DNA of 64,000 nucleotides from Clostridiales bacterium. GTDB lineage: Bacteria; Bacillota; Clostridia; Christensenellales; UBA1242. This document shows, one piece after another, positions 39,835 to 48,000 of the stretch. How positions within the stretch are numbered: position 1 is the first letter of the stretch; each line of letters begins with the position of its first letter. The notes below the pieces were generated by a model. It worked only from the letters and a program-made list of their open reading frames with translations, had not been told where the DNA came from and made no database searches. Position numbers and translations under genes: made by a program. Where the stretch lies: the NCBI GenBank assembly GCA_015055605.1, contig SVHV01000001.1:513999-577998 (forward strand), written 5' to 3'.

Positions 39835-40872
39835 ATGAACAAAACTATCACCAAAAATCAAACCGTTATTTTTTTAATAATTTTATCATTATTCTCACAA
39901 ATTATATTGTGTGGATTTAGTTTTACCAACCAAACAGTATCTTCGTTTGAACACATAGAACACCTTTGTTTCAATACCCTGATGGCATTTCCCGACAAGG
40001 CACTTGACTCAAAAAACAAACAAAACAAAACGCTAAACAACCAAAAAATTACCCCATCAGAATTTAAAAAAATACTAACAAATCTATACAAAAATAACTA
40101 CTGCTTAGTTAATATTTTTGACATTAAAATTAGCAATAAAATACCCTATTTTTACATAGAAAATTTCACACAAAATAAAACCCCATTACTACTTTCTTTT
40201 GATAATGTAACATACAAAAGCAACTATCAAAACCATGGTGAAATTGATAAAATAATTATTGACAGAAATGGCAAACTTGCAACATACACAACCAAAAAAA
40301 GTATTCAAGATAGAATCCAATACGATAACGAATTTTTAGTTATTTTGGAAGAGTTTATTTCATCACATAAAGATTTTTCTTTTAACAGCGCAAGAGGCAT
40401 TATTTTCTTTTCTGGAGAAAATGGAATCTTAGGCTATAATACTAACCACAAAAACGCAAGTAGCAAGTATGAAATTGAGAGAACATCAGAAGTCATCAAA
40501 GTACTAAAAAGAAAAGGTTGGGTATTTGGCTCCAATAACTACAAATACACATCTGACTTAAATAAAAACGAAATAGAATTTAAAAAAGAATTAATACTAT
40601 GGCAGAATGAAGTATTACCCATTATAGGAATCACTCCCCTATACTCTTTTCCTTATGGTGAATTAGATACCAGAAAACTAGAAGAACTACATAATAATAA
40701 TTTTTCAATACTTTTTTATAACAACTTTAATAATGAAAATATTATAAATAAACATCAAGTAATTCTATCCAGAAAGCCTATTAATGGACTAACACTAAAA
40801 GAAAACCATAACGAACTAAAACATTTATTTGATACAGAAGACATATATGATAAATGCAGGCCACATTTTTAG
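39835..40872 (+). CDS. Exported protein, possibly a degenerate NodB-type polysaccharide deacetylase homolog
   Basis: N-terminal hydrophobic leader (VIFLIILSLFSQIILCGF). LLLSFDNV, ARGIIFFSG and GWVFGSNNYKY sit where the NodB motifs TFDDG, ATFF and GxHTxxH would be, but the catalytic Asp/His residues are not conserved. No clear RBS. Confidence 0.4.
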   Translation: MNKTITKNQTVIFLIILSLFSQIILCGFSFTNQTVSSFEHIEHLCFNTLMAFPDKALDSKNKQNKTLNNQKITPSEFKKILTNLYKNNYCLVNIFDIKISNKIPYFYIENFTQNKTPLLLSFDNVTYKSNYQNHGEIDKIIIDRNGKLATYTTKKSIQDRIQYDNEFLVILEEFISSHKDFSFNSARGIIFFSGENGILGYNTNHKNASSKYEIERTSEVIKVLKRKGWVFGSNNYKYTSDLNKNEIEFKKELILWQNEVLPIIGITPLYSFPYGELDTRKLEELHNNNFSILFYNNFNNENIINKHQVILSRKPINGLTLKENHNELKHLFDTEDIYDKCRPHF

Positions 40873-40876
40873 CATC

Positions 40877-40908
40877 AAAAAAGAGACCGTTACAAACAGT
40901 CTCTTTTT
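40877..40908. terminator. Bidirectional terminator between convergent genes
   Basis: aaaaaagagac / gtctcttttt stem (40877-40887 / 40899-40908) with A- and T-runs on either side. Confidence 0.6.
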
Positions 40909-40924
40909 AGTATTATTCAAACAA

Positions 40925-42076
40925 TCAAATATTCTCTTTGTTTACATGTTTTTTATTAACAACAGACCTAACAATCTTATCAACAATAATCACTATCAAA
41001 TAATGTATGTCATAGATTAAATTTTCAAAAACCTTATACATTAGTAATACCCACCAGATATATTGAGGATACAACATTTTAGTTAGTATAGACAACAATA
41101 GCAAGTCTACCACAACAACCCCCTTAGGGAACGGCACAACCATTGTTACCAAATCAAGAACAATCAATATCCATAATGACTTAAAATAATACTCTGTTGT
41201 ACTTAATTTAAGAGAATCAAATATTAAATAAATTATTAAACCCCTAAGCGCCAATACGGATAGAGCTGATACAGCATTCAAAATTCTCGCTTGCCATGTA
41301 ATATTATTTGACTTTGCCACTACAGAAGTTTTATCCACCATACCAAAATATGTTTTTTCAAAATCACTTGTAAGCCTTAATTTAGCCATAATTTTAGCAA
41401 TAAATGAACAAATAGAGAGACTCCTCTCTTTATCATACCTAGTCATACGGATATATATTAGATACATAAATCCTGCAACAATAATACCAAAACAAAGAAG
41501 TGTAATTCCTATATGAAGAATCTCCTCCCACTTAAACGCCCCTACAATTATCATAATTGCTGACAGACAAAGAAATGCAAATAAGTTGTAATATTTCTTT
41601 TCGTAAGTAATAGCAACAATATGTTGTTTTTTGATACCGGTATCATTCAAGATTCCCATAAAGGCAATATCTTTTCCTTTGGAATATATGGACATTTTGC
41701 CATGAAAATCACTAACCGCATTTGCGACATATAATTTACCAAAATTATTGTATTTAGATTTAAAGTGAAAACTTATAAAGAGCGATACCACCCTAATCAT
41801 CTGAATCAATACAAATATACAACACATCAATATAACAATCTTAGCATCTAATATTGACTTAACTATATCAAAACTAACAACTTCATTTTTATTATTAATC
41901 CATAGCATCATCAAAACTAAGACTGCTATATTTAGAAGCACAATACTTATATGATATAGAGTATTTTTTCCTCCCTTTATCTCAGCATACTTCTCTACTG
42001 CGCTAGTTAAAATATTTTCTTCTGGCTGTGGCTTTTTTGCCTTAGTCTTTTTTTCTTTCTGTTCCACCTTTTCCAT
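40925..42076 (-). CDS. Polytopic membrane protein (flippase-like/UPF0104-type guess)
   Basis: 383 aa. Lys-rich cytoplasmic N-terminus followed by about 8 hydrophobic segments. No catalytic motif recognised. Confidence 0.5.
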   Translation of the reverse strand: MEKVEQKEKKTKAKKPQPEENILTSAVEKYAEIKGGKNTLYHISIVLLNIAVLVLMMLWINNKNEVVSFDIVKSILDAKIVILMCCIFVLIQMIRVVSLFISFHFKSKYNNFGKLYVANAVSDFHGKMSIYSKGKDIAFMGILNDTGIKKQHIVAITYEKKYYNLFAFLCLSAIMIIVGAFKWEEILHIGITLLCFGIIVAGFMYLIYIRMTRYDKERSLSICSFIAKIMAKLRLTSDFEKTYFGMVDKTSVVAKSNNITWQARILNAVSALSVLALRGLIIYLIFDSLKLSTTEYYFKSLWILIVLDLVTMVVPFPKGVVVVDLLLLSILTKMLYPQYIWWVLLMYKVFENLIYDIHYLIVIIVDKIVRSVVNKKHVNKENI

Positions 42077-42150
42077 AGATTTCCTTCTTAAATTTATAAC
42101 TAAATATTACAACAAAAAAACAATCTTTCAAAGTATTTTTGCTATAAACC

Positions 42151-42179
42151 TCATATTTTTATATATAAGTGCATAATAT
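42151..42179 (+). promoter_or_regulatory. Sigma-E-type (mother-cell) promoter candidate for yabP-yabQ-divIC
   Basis: TCATATT (42151-42157), a 14-nt spacer, CATAATAT (42172-42179). The first 13 nt (tcatatttttata) are identical to the spoIIID candidate. GAGGAG RBS lies before ATG 42203. Confidence 0.45.
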
Positions 42180-42202
42180 TTAAAAAAATTACGAGGAGAT
42201 TT

Positions 42203-42475
42203 ATGGAAAAAATAGAAACAACACCAACAAATAAAAACGAAATTCTAGGCTTAGAAAATAGAAAAAAACTACACCTAATAGGAGTAAACGAAATTCTATC
42301 ATCAAACGAAACATGCATTATCCTTAAGCTTAAAGATACCACACTAAACATTAGCGGTACAAATATAAATATCACAAAACTCGACACCGAAACAGGAACC
42401 CTAGACGCTGATGGAAACTTTGATAAATTAATATATGGCAAAACTACCAGTTTTTTCAAAAGGATATTTAGGTGA
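42203..42475 (+). CDS. yabP: Sporulation protein YabP
   Basis: 90 aa. ..LENRKKLHLIGVNEILSSNETCIILKLKDTTLNISGTNINITKLDTETGTLDADGNFDKLIY fits the YabP family pattern. Followed by yabQ and divIC as in Bacillus. Confidence 0.8.
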   Translation: MEKIETTPTNKNEILGLENRKKLHLIGVNEILSSNETCIILKLKDTTLNISGTNINITKLDTETGTLDADGNFDKLIYGKTTSFFKRIFR

Positions 42476-42837
42476 ACTTATCATACATATTACAACTAAA
42501 AGACTTCTTTATTTTATTAATTTTGGGCTTTATTGCTGGCATTTTATATGGAACTCTAGCAATAATTTCAACAATAAAGCAAAAAACATGGATTCGAATA
42601 ATTACAGACACAATATCCACACTAATTATTTGTTTTATTTTTATTATAGCCCTAACTTTAGTTAACATGGGAGAATTTAGACTATTTTTACTAGTAGGAT
42701 TCCTACTCGGAATATTTTTTGAACGATTAACATTAGGTAAAATATTTGCCAAAGGTTATAAATGGGTGTATAATATGTTAATAATTCTGTGTAAAAACCT
42801 TAAGAAAAGCAGATTAGGCAAGGTATTATTCAAGTGA
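42472..42837 (+). CDS. yabQ: Spore cortex biosynthesis protein YabQ
   Basis: 121 aa, 3-4 TM segments. GTG start overlaps the yabP TGA (GTGA at 42472-42475). Its position between yabP and divIC is conserved. Confidence 0.7.
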   Translation: MNLSYILQLKDFFILLILGFIAGILYGTLAIISTIKQKTWIRIITDTISTLIICFIFIIALTLVNMGEFRLFLLVGFLLGIFFERLTLGKIFAKGYKWVYNMLIILCKNLKKSRLGKVLFK

Positions 42838-43118
42838 AGAACAATAAAGCAAAAATAGTAAGAATAACTACAATAGTAACTATCGTAATAATGTTCGTAT
42901 GCATTATTGTTTTAGCGTGTCAATTTGTAAAAATAGGTAATTACAAAGAACAAACCAGTAATTTAGAAGCCGAAAAACAAGCACTAATTGAGCAAATATA
43001 CAATTTCAACACATCAAACTCATATTATGATAATAACAGAAGTGAATTCCTAGAAGAATATGCTAGAGAACACTTAACCTGGGGAACATCTAATGAAGTC
43101 TGGTACACAAAAGACTAG
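42834..43118 (+). CDS. divIC: Septum formation initiator, DivIC/FtsB family
   Basis: 94 aa: N-terminal TM (IVRITTIVTIVIMFVCIIVLACQF), then a coiled-coil (LEAEKQALIEQIYN) and ..AREHLTWG. GTG start overlaps the yabQ TGA (GTGA at 42834-42837). Confidence 0.65.
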   Translation: MKNNKAKIVRITTIVTIVIMFVCIIVLACQFVKIGNYKEQTSNLEAEKQALIEQIYNFNTSNSYYDNNRSEFLEEYAREHLTWGTSNEVWYTKD

Positions 43119-43201
43119 GTTAAAAATACATCATTAAACATAACGAAATTTGTAAAAATTTAGCATTTTATCTGACACAATAAAATTTTTAAGAAAAACC
43201 A

Positions 43202-43231
43202 TTGACTTTATGTAACTAAAAATGCTATACT
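43202..43231 (+). promoter_or_regulatory. Sigma-A promoter of tRNA-fMet (TTGACT-18-TATACT with TGn)
   Basis: TTGACT at 43202-43207 and tgcTATACT with TATACT at 43226-43231. The tRNA starts about 38 nt downstream. Confidence 0.5.
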
Positions 43232-43268
43232 AGTATCGTTGTTAAGGCAAATGCCCTACAATATATAT

Positions 43269-43346
43269 CGCGGGGAGGAGCAGCTCGGTCGCTCGTCGGG
43301 CTCATAACCCGAAGGTCGTGTGGTTCGAATCCCACCCCCGCTACCA
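43269..43346 (+). tRNA. Initiator tRNA-fMet (CAU)
   Basis: CGCGGGG 5' end with a 1:72 mismatch (C opposite T). Anticodon arm TCGGG-CTCATAA-CCCGA carries three G:C pairs. TTCGAAT T-loop and encoded CCA. Closely resembles E. coli and B. subtilis initiator tRNA as remembered. 78 nt. Confidence 0.85.
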
Positions 43347-43351
43347 TTATT

Positions 43352-43377
43352 AGACGCTTGAAAAAGCGTCTTTTTTT
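43352..43377 (+). terminator. Rho-independent terminator after tRNA-fMet
   Basis: agacgctt / aagcgtct stem, gaaa loop, T7 run. Confidence 0.7.
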
Positions 43378-43522
43378 GTTCTTAAAATTAAAAACAATCA
43401 ACAAACATATTACTAACTTATTTAAATTTGATTTTATCATACTACAACAATCCCTTAGCAAACACATAAAAATTTTTTTAACAAGATTCAAGAGAAATAT
43501 TGCAAATTTTATCGAAAAACTC

Positions 43523-43551
43523 TTGACAAAACACATAACATATTGTAATAT
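43523..43551 (+). promoter_or_regulatory. Sigma-A promoter of tRNA-Met (TTGACA-17-TAATAT)
   Basis: TTGACA at 43523-43528, TAATAT at 43546-43551 preceded by tg. The tRNA starts 19 nt downstream. Confidence 0.5.
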
Positions 43552-43569
43552 AAGTTAGTATTTCACTAT

Positions 43570-43646
43570 GGCGGCGTAGCTTAGTTGGCTATAGCATTCG
43601 GTTCATACCCGAAAGGTCGTAGGTTCGAGTCCCACCGCCGCTACCA
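43570..43646 (+). tRNA. Elongator tRNA-Met (CAU)
   Basis: GGCGGCGTAGCT..GGTTCATACCCG..CGCCGCTACCA closely resembles B. subtilis elongator tRNA-Met as remembered. 77 nt with CCA. Confidence 0.85.
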
Positions 43647-43706
43647 TTAGAGAAAAAGCCTATTCCCCTTTTATACTTTTTCTCTATTACATATTTTAAT
43701 ATGTAG

Positions 43707-43739
43707 AAAAAATTACTTCCATTCGGTGGTAATTTTTTT
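43707..43739 (+). terminator. Probable terminator downstream of tRNA-Met
   Basis: ttacttcc / ggtggtaa imperfect stem (43713-43732), attc loop, T7 run at 43733-43739. Confidence 0.45.
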
Positions 43740-43833
43740 GTTTAAAAAATATTTGTTTTTACACACTTCTATCAAAGTAATATATGCTACTATGCATATT
43801 ATTAAAAAACACCTACACTAAGGCATTATCATT

Positions 43834-43868
43834 AAAAAAAAGACCTCCATAAAACAAGGTCTTTTTTT
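43834..43868. terminator. Bidirectional terminator 3' of the 43875 gene
   Basis: aagacct / aggtctt stem (43840-43846 / 43857-43863), 10-nt loop, flanking A8 and T7 runs. Confidence 0.6.
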
Positions 43869-43874
43869 AGTCAC

Positions 43875-44513
43875 TTACAACAACCCTCTAATCCATTGCT
43901 CTAATATTTTTAGCAATAATTGATACTTATCAGCGTTCTCTTCCCTATTTGTAATATTACAATTAACTTCTATTTGCATACTCCAGAGATTAGGAAATTT
44001 ATTTTTCATAGCGCCCGAAACGGTTCGTGCCCCAGCCATAAATGGCATATCTACACTAACCCTAAAACCATTGTCCTGCAATAAGTCAAATATTTGTCTA
44101 AACACCTTTTCATTATTTTCAATATTTTTACCTAAATGGATTCCCAAATTTACATCACAATCTCTCGTAGCAGACAAACCATGAAAATCAATCAGATAAC
44201 AAATGCCCTCTTTTTCAATAACACTACTTAATGTATTTCTGTAACCACATTTTTCATCAAAATTTGCATCATCATTATTGTTTTTGGTTTTTGCAATTAA
44301 AAAAGAGCCCGTTTTTTCTTGCAAATATAAAGCTGAAGCCAAACTACCCACTTCTTTATACTTGAGTTTTCCAAGCCTAACTTGACTCACTCCATGAGGT
44401 GCTGACAAACAAACATTATTGTTTCCCCTAACCACAACATGGTCCTCATTTTTATTTGCATTTATAAAACGCCTTCTATAATTATGTAATTTTCTAAAGT
44501 TAAATTTTTTCAT
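43875..44513 (-). CDS. N-formylglutamate amidohydrolase (FGase)-family hydrolase, tentative
   Basis: The track ORF reaches 44561. The likelier start is MKKFNF at 44513. VCLSAPHGVSQ, YLIDFHGLS and MQIEVN resemble the metal-binding blocks of the FGase family as I remember them. Confidence 0.5.
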   Translation of the reverse strand: MKKFNFRKLHNYRRRFINANKNEDHVVVRGNNNVCLSAPHGVSQVRLGKLKYKEVGSLASALYLQEKTGSFLIAKTKNNNDDANFDEKCGYRNTLSSVIEKEGICYLIDFHGLSATRDCDVNLGIHLGKNIENNEKVFRQIFDLLQDNGFRVSVDMPFMAGARTVSGAMKNKFPNLWSMQIEVNCNITNREENADKYQLLLKILEQWIRGLL

Positions 44514-44572
44514 ATCACTATGATAGCACAAATACAGCAAATTCTTAAAACAAATAAACAATATTTAAAAAC

Positions 44573-44603
44573 AAAAAAGGAAGCTCGTATAAGCTTCCTT
44601 TTT
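44573..44603 (-). terminator. Terminator after tRNA-Glu
   Basis: aaggaagct / agcttcctt stem (44577-44585 / 44592-44600) with a 6-nt loop (cgtata, 44586-44591), flanked by A- and T-runs. It lies 5 nt downstream of the tRNA 3' end on the minus strand. Confidence 0.55.
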
Positions 44604-44608
44604 ATTTA

Positions 44609-44683
44609 TGGTAGTCCCAAGGGGAATCGAACCCCTGTTACCACCGTGAAAGGGTGGTGTCTTAACCTCTTGACCATGGGACC
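44609..44683 (-). tRNA. tRNA-Glu (UUC)
   Basis: The reverse complement reads GGTCCCATGGTCAAGAGGTTAAGACACCACCCTTTCACGGTGGTAACAGGGGTTCGATTCCCCTTGGGACTACCA. Anticodon loop CTTTCAC. Near-identical layout to B. subtilis tRNA-Glu as remembered. Confidence 0.9.
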
Positions 44684-44708
44684 ATATACTTCACAAATTA
44701 ACGAGATT

Positions 44709-44737
44709 ATTATAATGCAATTTAAAGCCATTGTCAA
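44709..44737 (-). promoter_or_regulatory. Consensus sigma-A promoter of tRNA-Glu (TTGACA-17-TATAAT)
   Basis: The minus strand reads TTGACA (44737-44732), 17 nt, TATAAT (44714-44709). Coordinates were cross-checked against codons of track ORF 44520..44759. Confidence 0.65.
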
Positions 44738-44951
44738 CAATTTTTCAAAAATTATTTAATTTTGTCAAACTTATACATATCACACAGCAATTTCGCTTCT
44801 CATATAGGACTTTTTATAACACTAAAACTATAAAAACAACATACTTTCTCATTCCAACTTGTACTGAAATAGTAGTATTAAGAATGCATACTTTCTCTTT
44901 TTATATACAAGATATATTATATATATATTTTACTTTATATAGTCATTTCAT

Positions 44952-44980
44952 TTGTCAGATTTTGTCGGTTATGTTAAAAT
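44952..44980 (+). promoter_or_regulatory. Sigma-A promoter of giant gene C (TTGTCA-17-TAAAAT with TGn)
   Basis: TTGTCA at 44952-44957, a 17-nt spacer ending in tgt, TAAAAT at 44975-44980. About 70 nt upstream of ATG 45049. Confidence 0.55.
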
Positions 44981-45048
44981 TATTTAGTATAAATTTGAAT
45001 TAAATTAATTTATTTTACGACAACTTAAGAAAAATGGAGATTTTAAGA

Positions 45049-48000
45049 ATGAAAAACAAAAAGTTTAGTTGGAAAAATACTTTAAATTCATTGATTGGAT
45101 GTTTGAGCTTGGTGTTAGTTGCGCTTATTATTAGCGTTGCTTGCATGAATCCTCTTTCAAACTTTCAAGCCAAAGCTCTTACTAAAGCAGATATAATAAA
45201 CGGATATAATATCTCATTTAATTCTGCAAAAACAAAAGTTAGAACAGCCAGTAGCTATTCGTTTACTTATGAAGGCGATTCTTACGAGTACATGTACAGC
45301 AACAATGAAGAGACTCGCCTATATTCAGAAGTGAGCGCTGGTAGTGAATACTCATCAGAATATGGTAGTGTTTCACTTCAAGCAAATAGCACTGAACTTA
45401 AACAATACATAGAGAGAGAAAGAGTTCCAGGCTCAGATGGATATATTCCAGGCAATGTCACACACTTTAGAAATGTAAATGACGAGTTAGAGCCTATCTT
45501 CTATAGTGAAATTGACGAAAATGACTTCGCCATTCTTTCTGACAACTATAGAACTCCTAATACAGCTAAATTCAATGTTGAAAATCTATACCTTTCTTTT
45601 GGTTCCCCTGCTAGTGAAGTAGATGGCAAAACTAAACTTGCTGACCTAACAGTTACCGGAGAACTAAGAACAGCAGAACAATTCCACATTCTTAACATCG
45701 ACTCAGAGATTCACGCTCCATATACAGACGAAGAAGGTAATACTAAGTCAAGTTATTATTGGTATCAATATTTTGATTTAAATAATGTTACTGCAAAACT
45801 TACTGGAGAACAAAACTCCCCTACATACAAAGTTATCGACCCATCTGGCCAATACAAATTAACATTTACATTCCAAAGAATTTTACCTGATGGCACATCT
45901 ACTGCAGATGAATCATTTACATACACATTCTACCTATTAGACAGTGCAGATTACAATAATTATCCAGAAATTCTTAATGCAACATTAGGTTATTCAAATA
46001 AAAATACTACAAACGAATATTTCTATAATTTCGCAGGAGAAAATCCTAGTCTACTATATTCTCCTAGCAGATACAATATCTCATACACTAGACAAAACAA
46101 CGAGATTACAGAGAATATCACTTCAGTATTTACAACAGGCATTTACACTAACAATGCCACAAACCAACAATATGGTAAAATTACATTCTATAATAACGAG
46201 CAATATATTAGAGATGTTTATATTTTAACAAACTATTCTAATGATAACACTGTTCTTGAATATCTATATGTATCTAATACAAAGCAAGACTTAATTCTAT
46301 CATCATTTAATGATGCTGGAGATACAAATAGCGTTATCAATCTACTCAATGCAGACAAATTAGAGTTTGAATATAAACTTGTTACTGTACTCGAAGAAAA
46401 TTCAGAATTCCATAGAGAATCAGAATTCACAACCACAACTTATATTACTGAAGTTTATAGTAAATTACAATGGATAGGAGAAGACTTAACTGATTTAACA
46501 AATACAGACTATTATACTGTATATACCCCTGCTACAACAGATACAGTATCTAAAACAATATCTGTATATGACAACATTGTATATTACTATAATCCAGACA
46601 CAGATAAACTGTATAGAGATGCAGAGTTAACAGTTGAATTACCTGCAACAGCATTTAATTATACCCCTGCTGCAGATGACTTAACTATTGAGATTACAGA
46701 CGGAATATTCGCCGATACATACTCAGTAATCTCACAAACACACTTAGAAGACACTATATACTTTATATCTGCTAGAGTGGATAAAACATATTATCTATAT
46801 ATCAAAGATAGAGATAATATCAACACTAGAGAAGCAAAAATTTATATTGATAGTACACACAATACCCCTGCAGAAGACTTTGAGTACACATACAATTATG
46901 GTGATGATACACTAACTATTACAGACGGTGAATTATCTGGCAGAAGTTATACTATTACTTATGAATATACTCTATTAAACAAAACATCTAGTGAGCTAAA
47001 ACATTTACTTAATCCAGACACAATCGCAATTAATTATACTTACGAAATCAAATTTAAAGAATTAGGTGTATATACTTACGAATACAACTATATATGCCCA
47101 TGGTACAACAATGCTACAGGCACAGTTGTAGGAACTAGATATTCTTCTAGTAAATCTGTAAGTACAAATAGACTTACTCCTTATGACTATACCTTAGAGT
47201 ATAGAACAGCAGAAGTTCAATCTGTCATTGACCACACAGCTGGTTCAGAAGGAAGCCCTGACAACAAACTATTTGTTACATTCTCAGGATATTTAAATGC
47301 AGAAAACCAAGTAACAATTAATTCTAAAACATATAAATTTGACCCTAGCACAAACACAATAACAGTTGGTGCAGGAACATATACTATAGGACAAACCACA
47401 ACAACATTATTTGGAACAGTAACAGTTCCTACACTATACACTATCGAATCACTAGCTGATGGTATAAAATTATATGTTAGATATCAATTAGGAACAGTAA
47501 TTTACACTACTACCCCAGAAAAAGCAGCTCAAGATAGCAGTTTCTACAACTACAAATACAAGGATAGAACTGTTATAGATTACGAACTAAGCGCTGGAGT
47601 AAACTCAACTAATATCAATAACTCAATGCCTGGTGATAGTTATTTCTATGACTTGATTAGAAATCTTGAATTACAACATTCAGACAATATTCCATTAGTT
47701 ACATATAGATATGAAAGACACAATCAAGGAGCTGATAAGTTATCTATATTCGGTTCAATCGCATACTTTAGTAAAGAAGATGCTTCTACCGATAGTGGTT
47801 ATGCAATCCTTGAACAAATTGATTCTAAAGAGCAGAAATACTTTATTTCAGATTTCACTAGCCTATATGTATCAATGAAACATGAGGACGATTCTAATAT
47901 AACTACCAACTTATTATCACAACACACTCCTACAGCAGGCTTTAGTGCAACCTATGTTGGTAATGGTTCAGGACAAGTTCCTCTTAACCAAATAATCGTA

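Noticed and set aside
42151-42752. ORFs 42151..42459-, 42435..42665+ and 42468..42752- overlapping yabP/yabQ
   Set aside because: They are shadows of the yabP and yabQ frames. The conserved yabP-yabQ-divIC chain with GTGA coupling explains the region.
43225-44759. ORFs 43225..43536-, 43358..43558+ and 44520..44759+
   Set aside because: They are read straight through tRNA genes, promoters and terminators (for example GVGFEPHDLRVMSP is tRNA-fMet read backwards).
44918-44928. (TA)5 run upstream of the gene C promoter as a possible phase-variation microsatellite
   Set aside because: It is too short and lies outside the -35/-10 spacer. I saw no long homopolymer or SSR in the promoters or 5' coding regions of A, B or C.
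44731-45003. ORF 44731..45003+ upstream of gene C
   Set aside because: It starts at a TTG, spans the tRNA-Glu promoter and the gene C promoter, and has an AT-rich low-complexity product.
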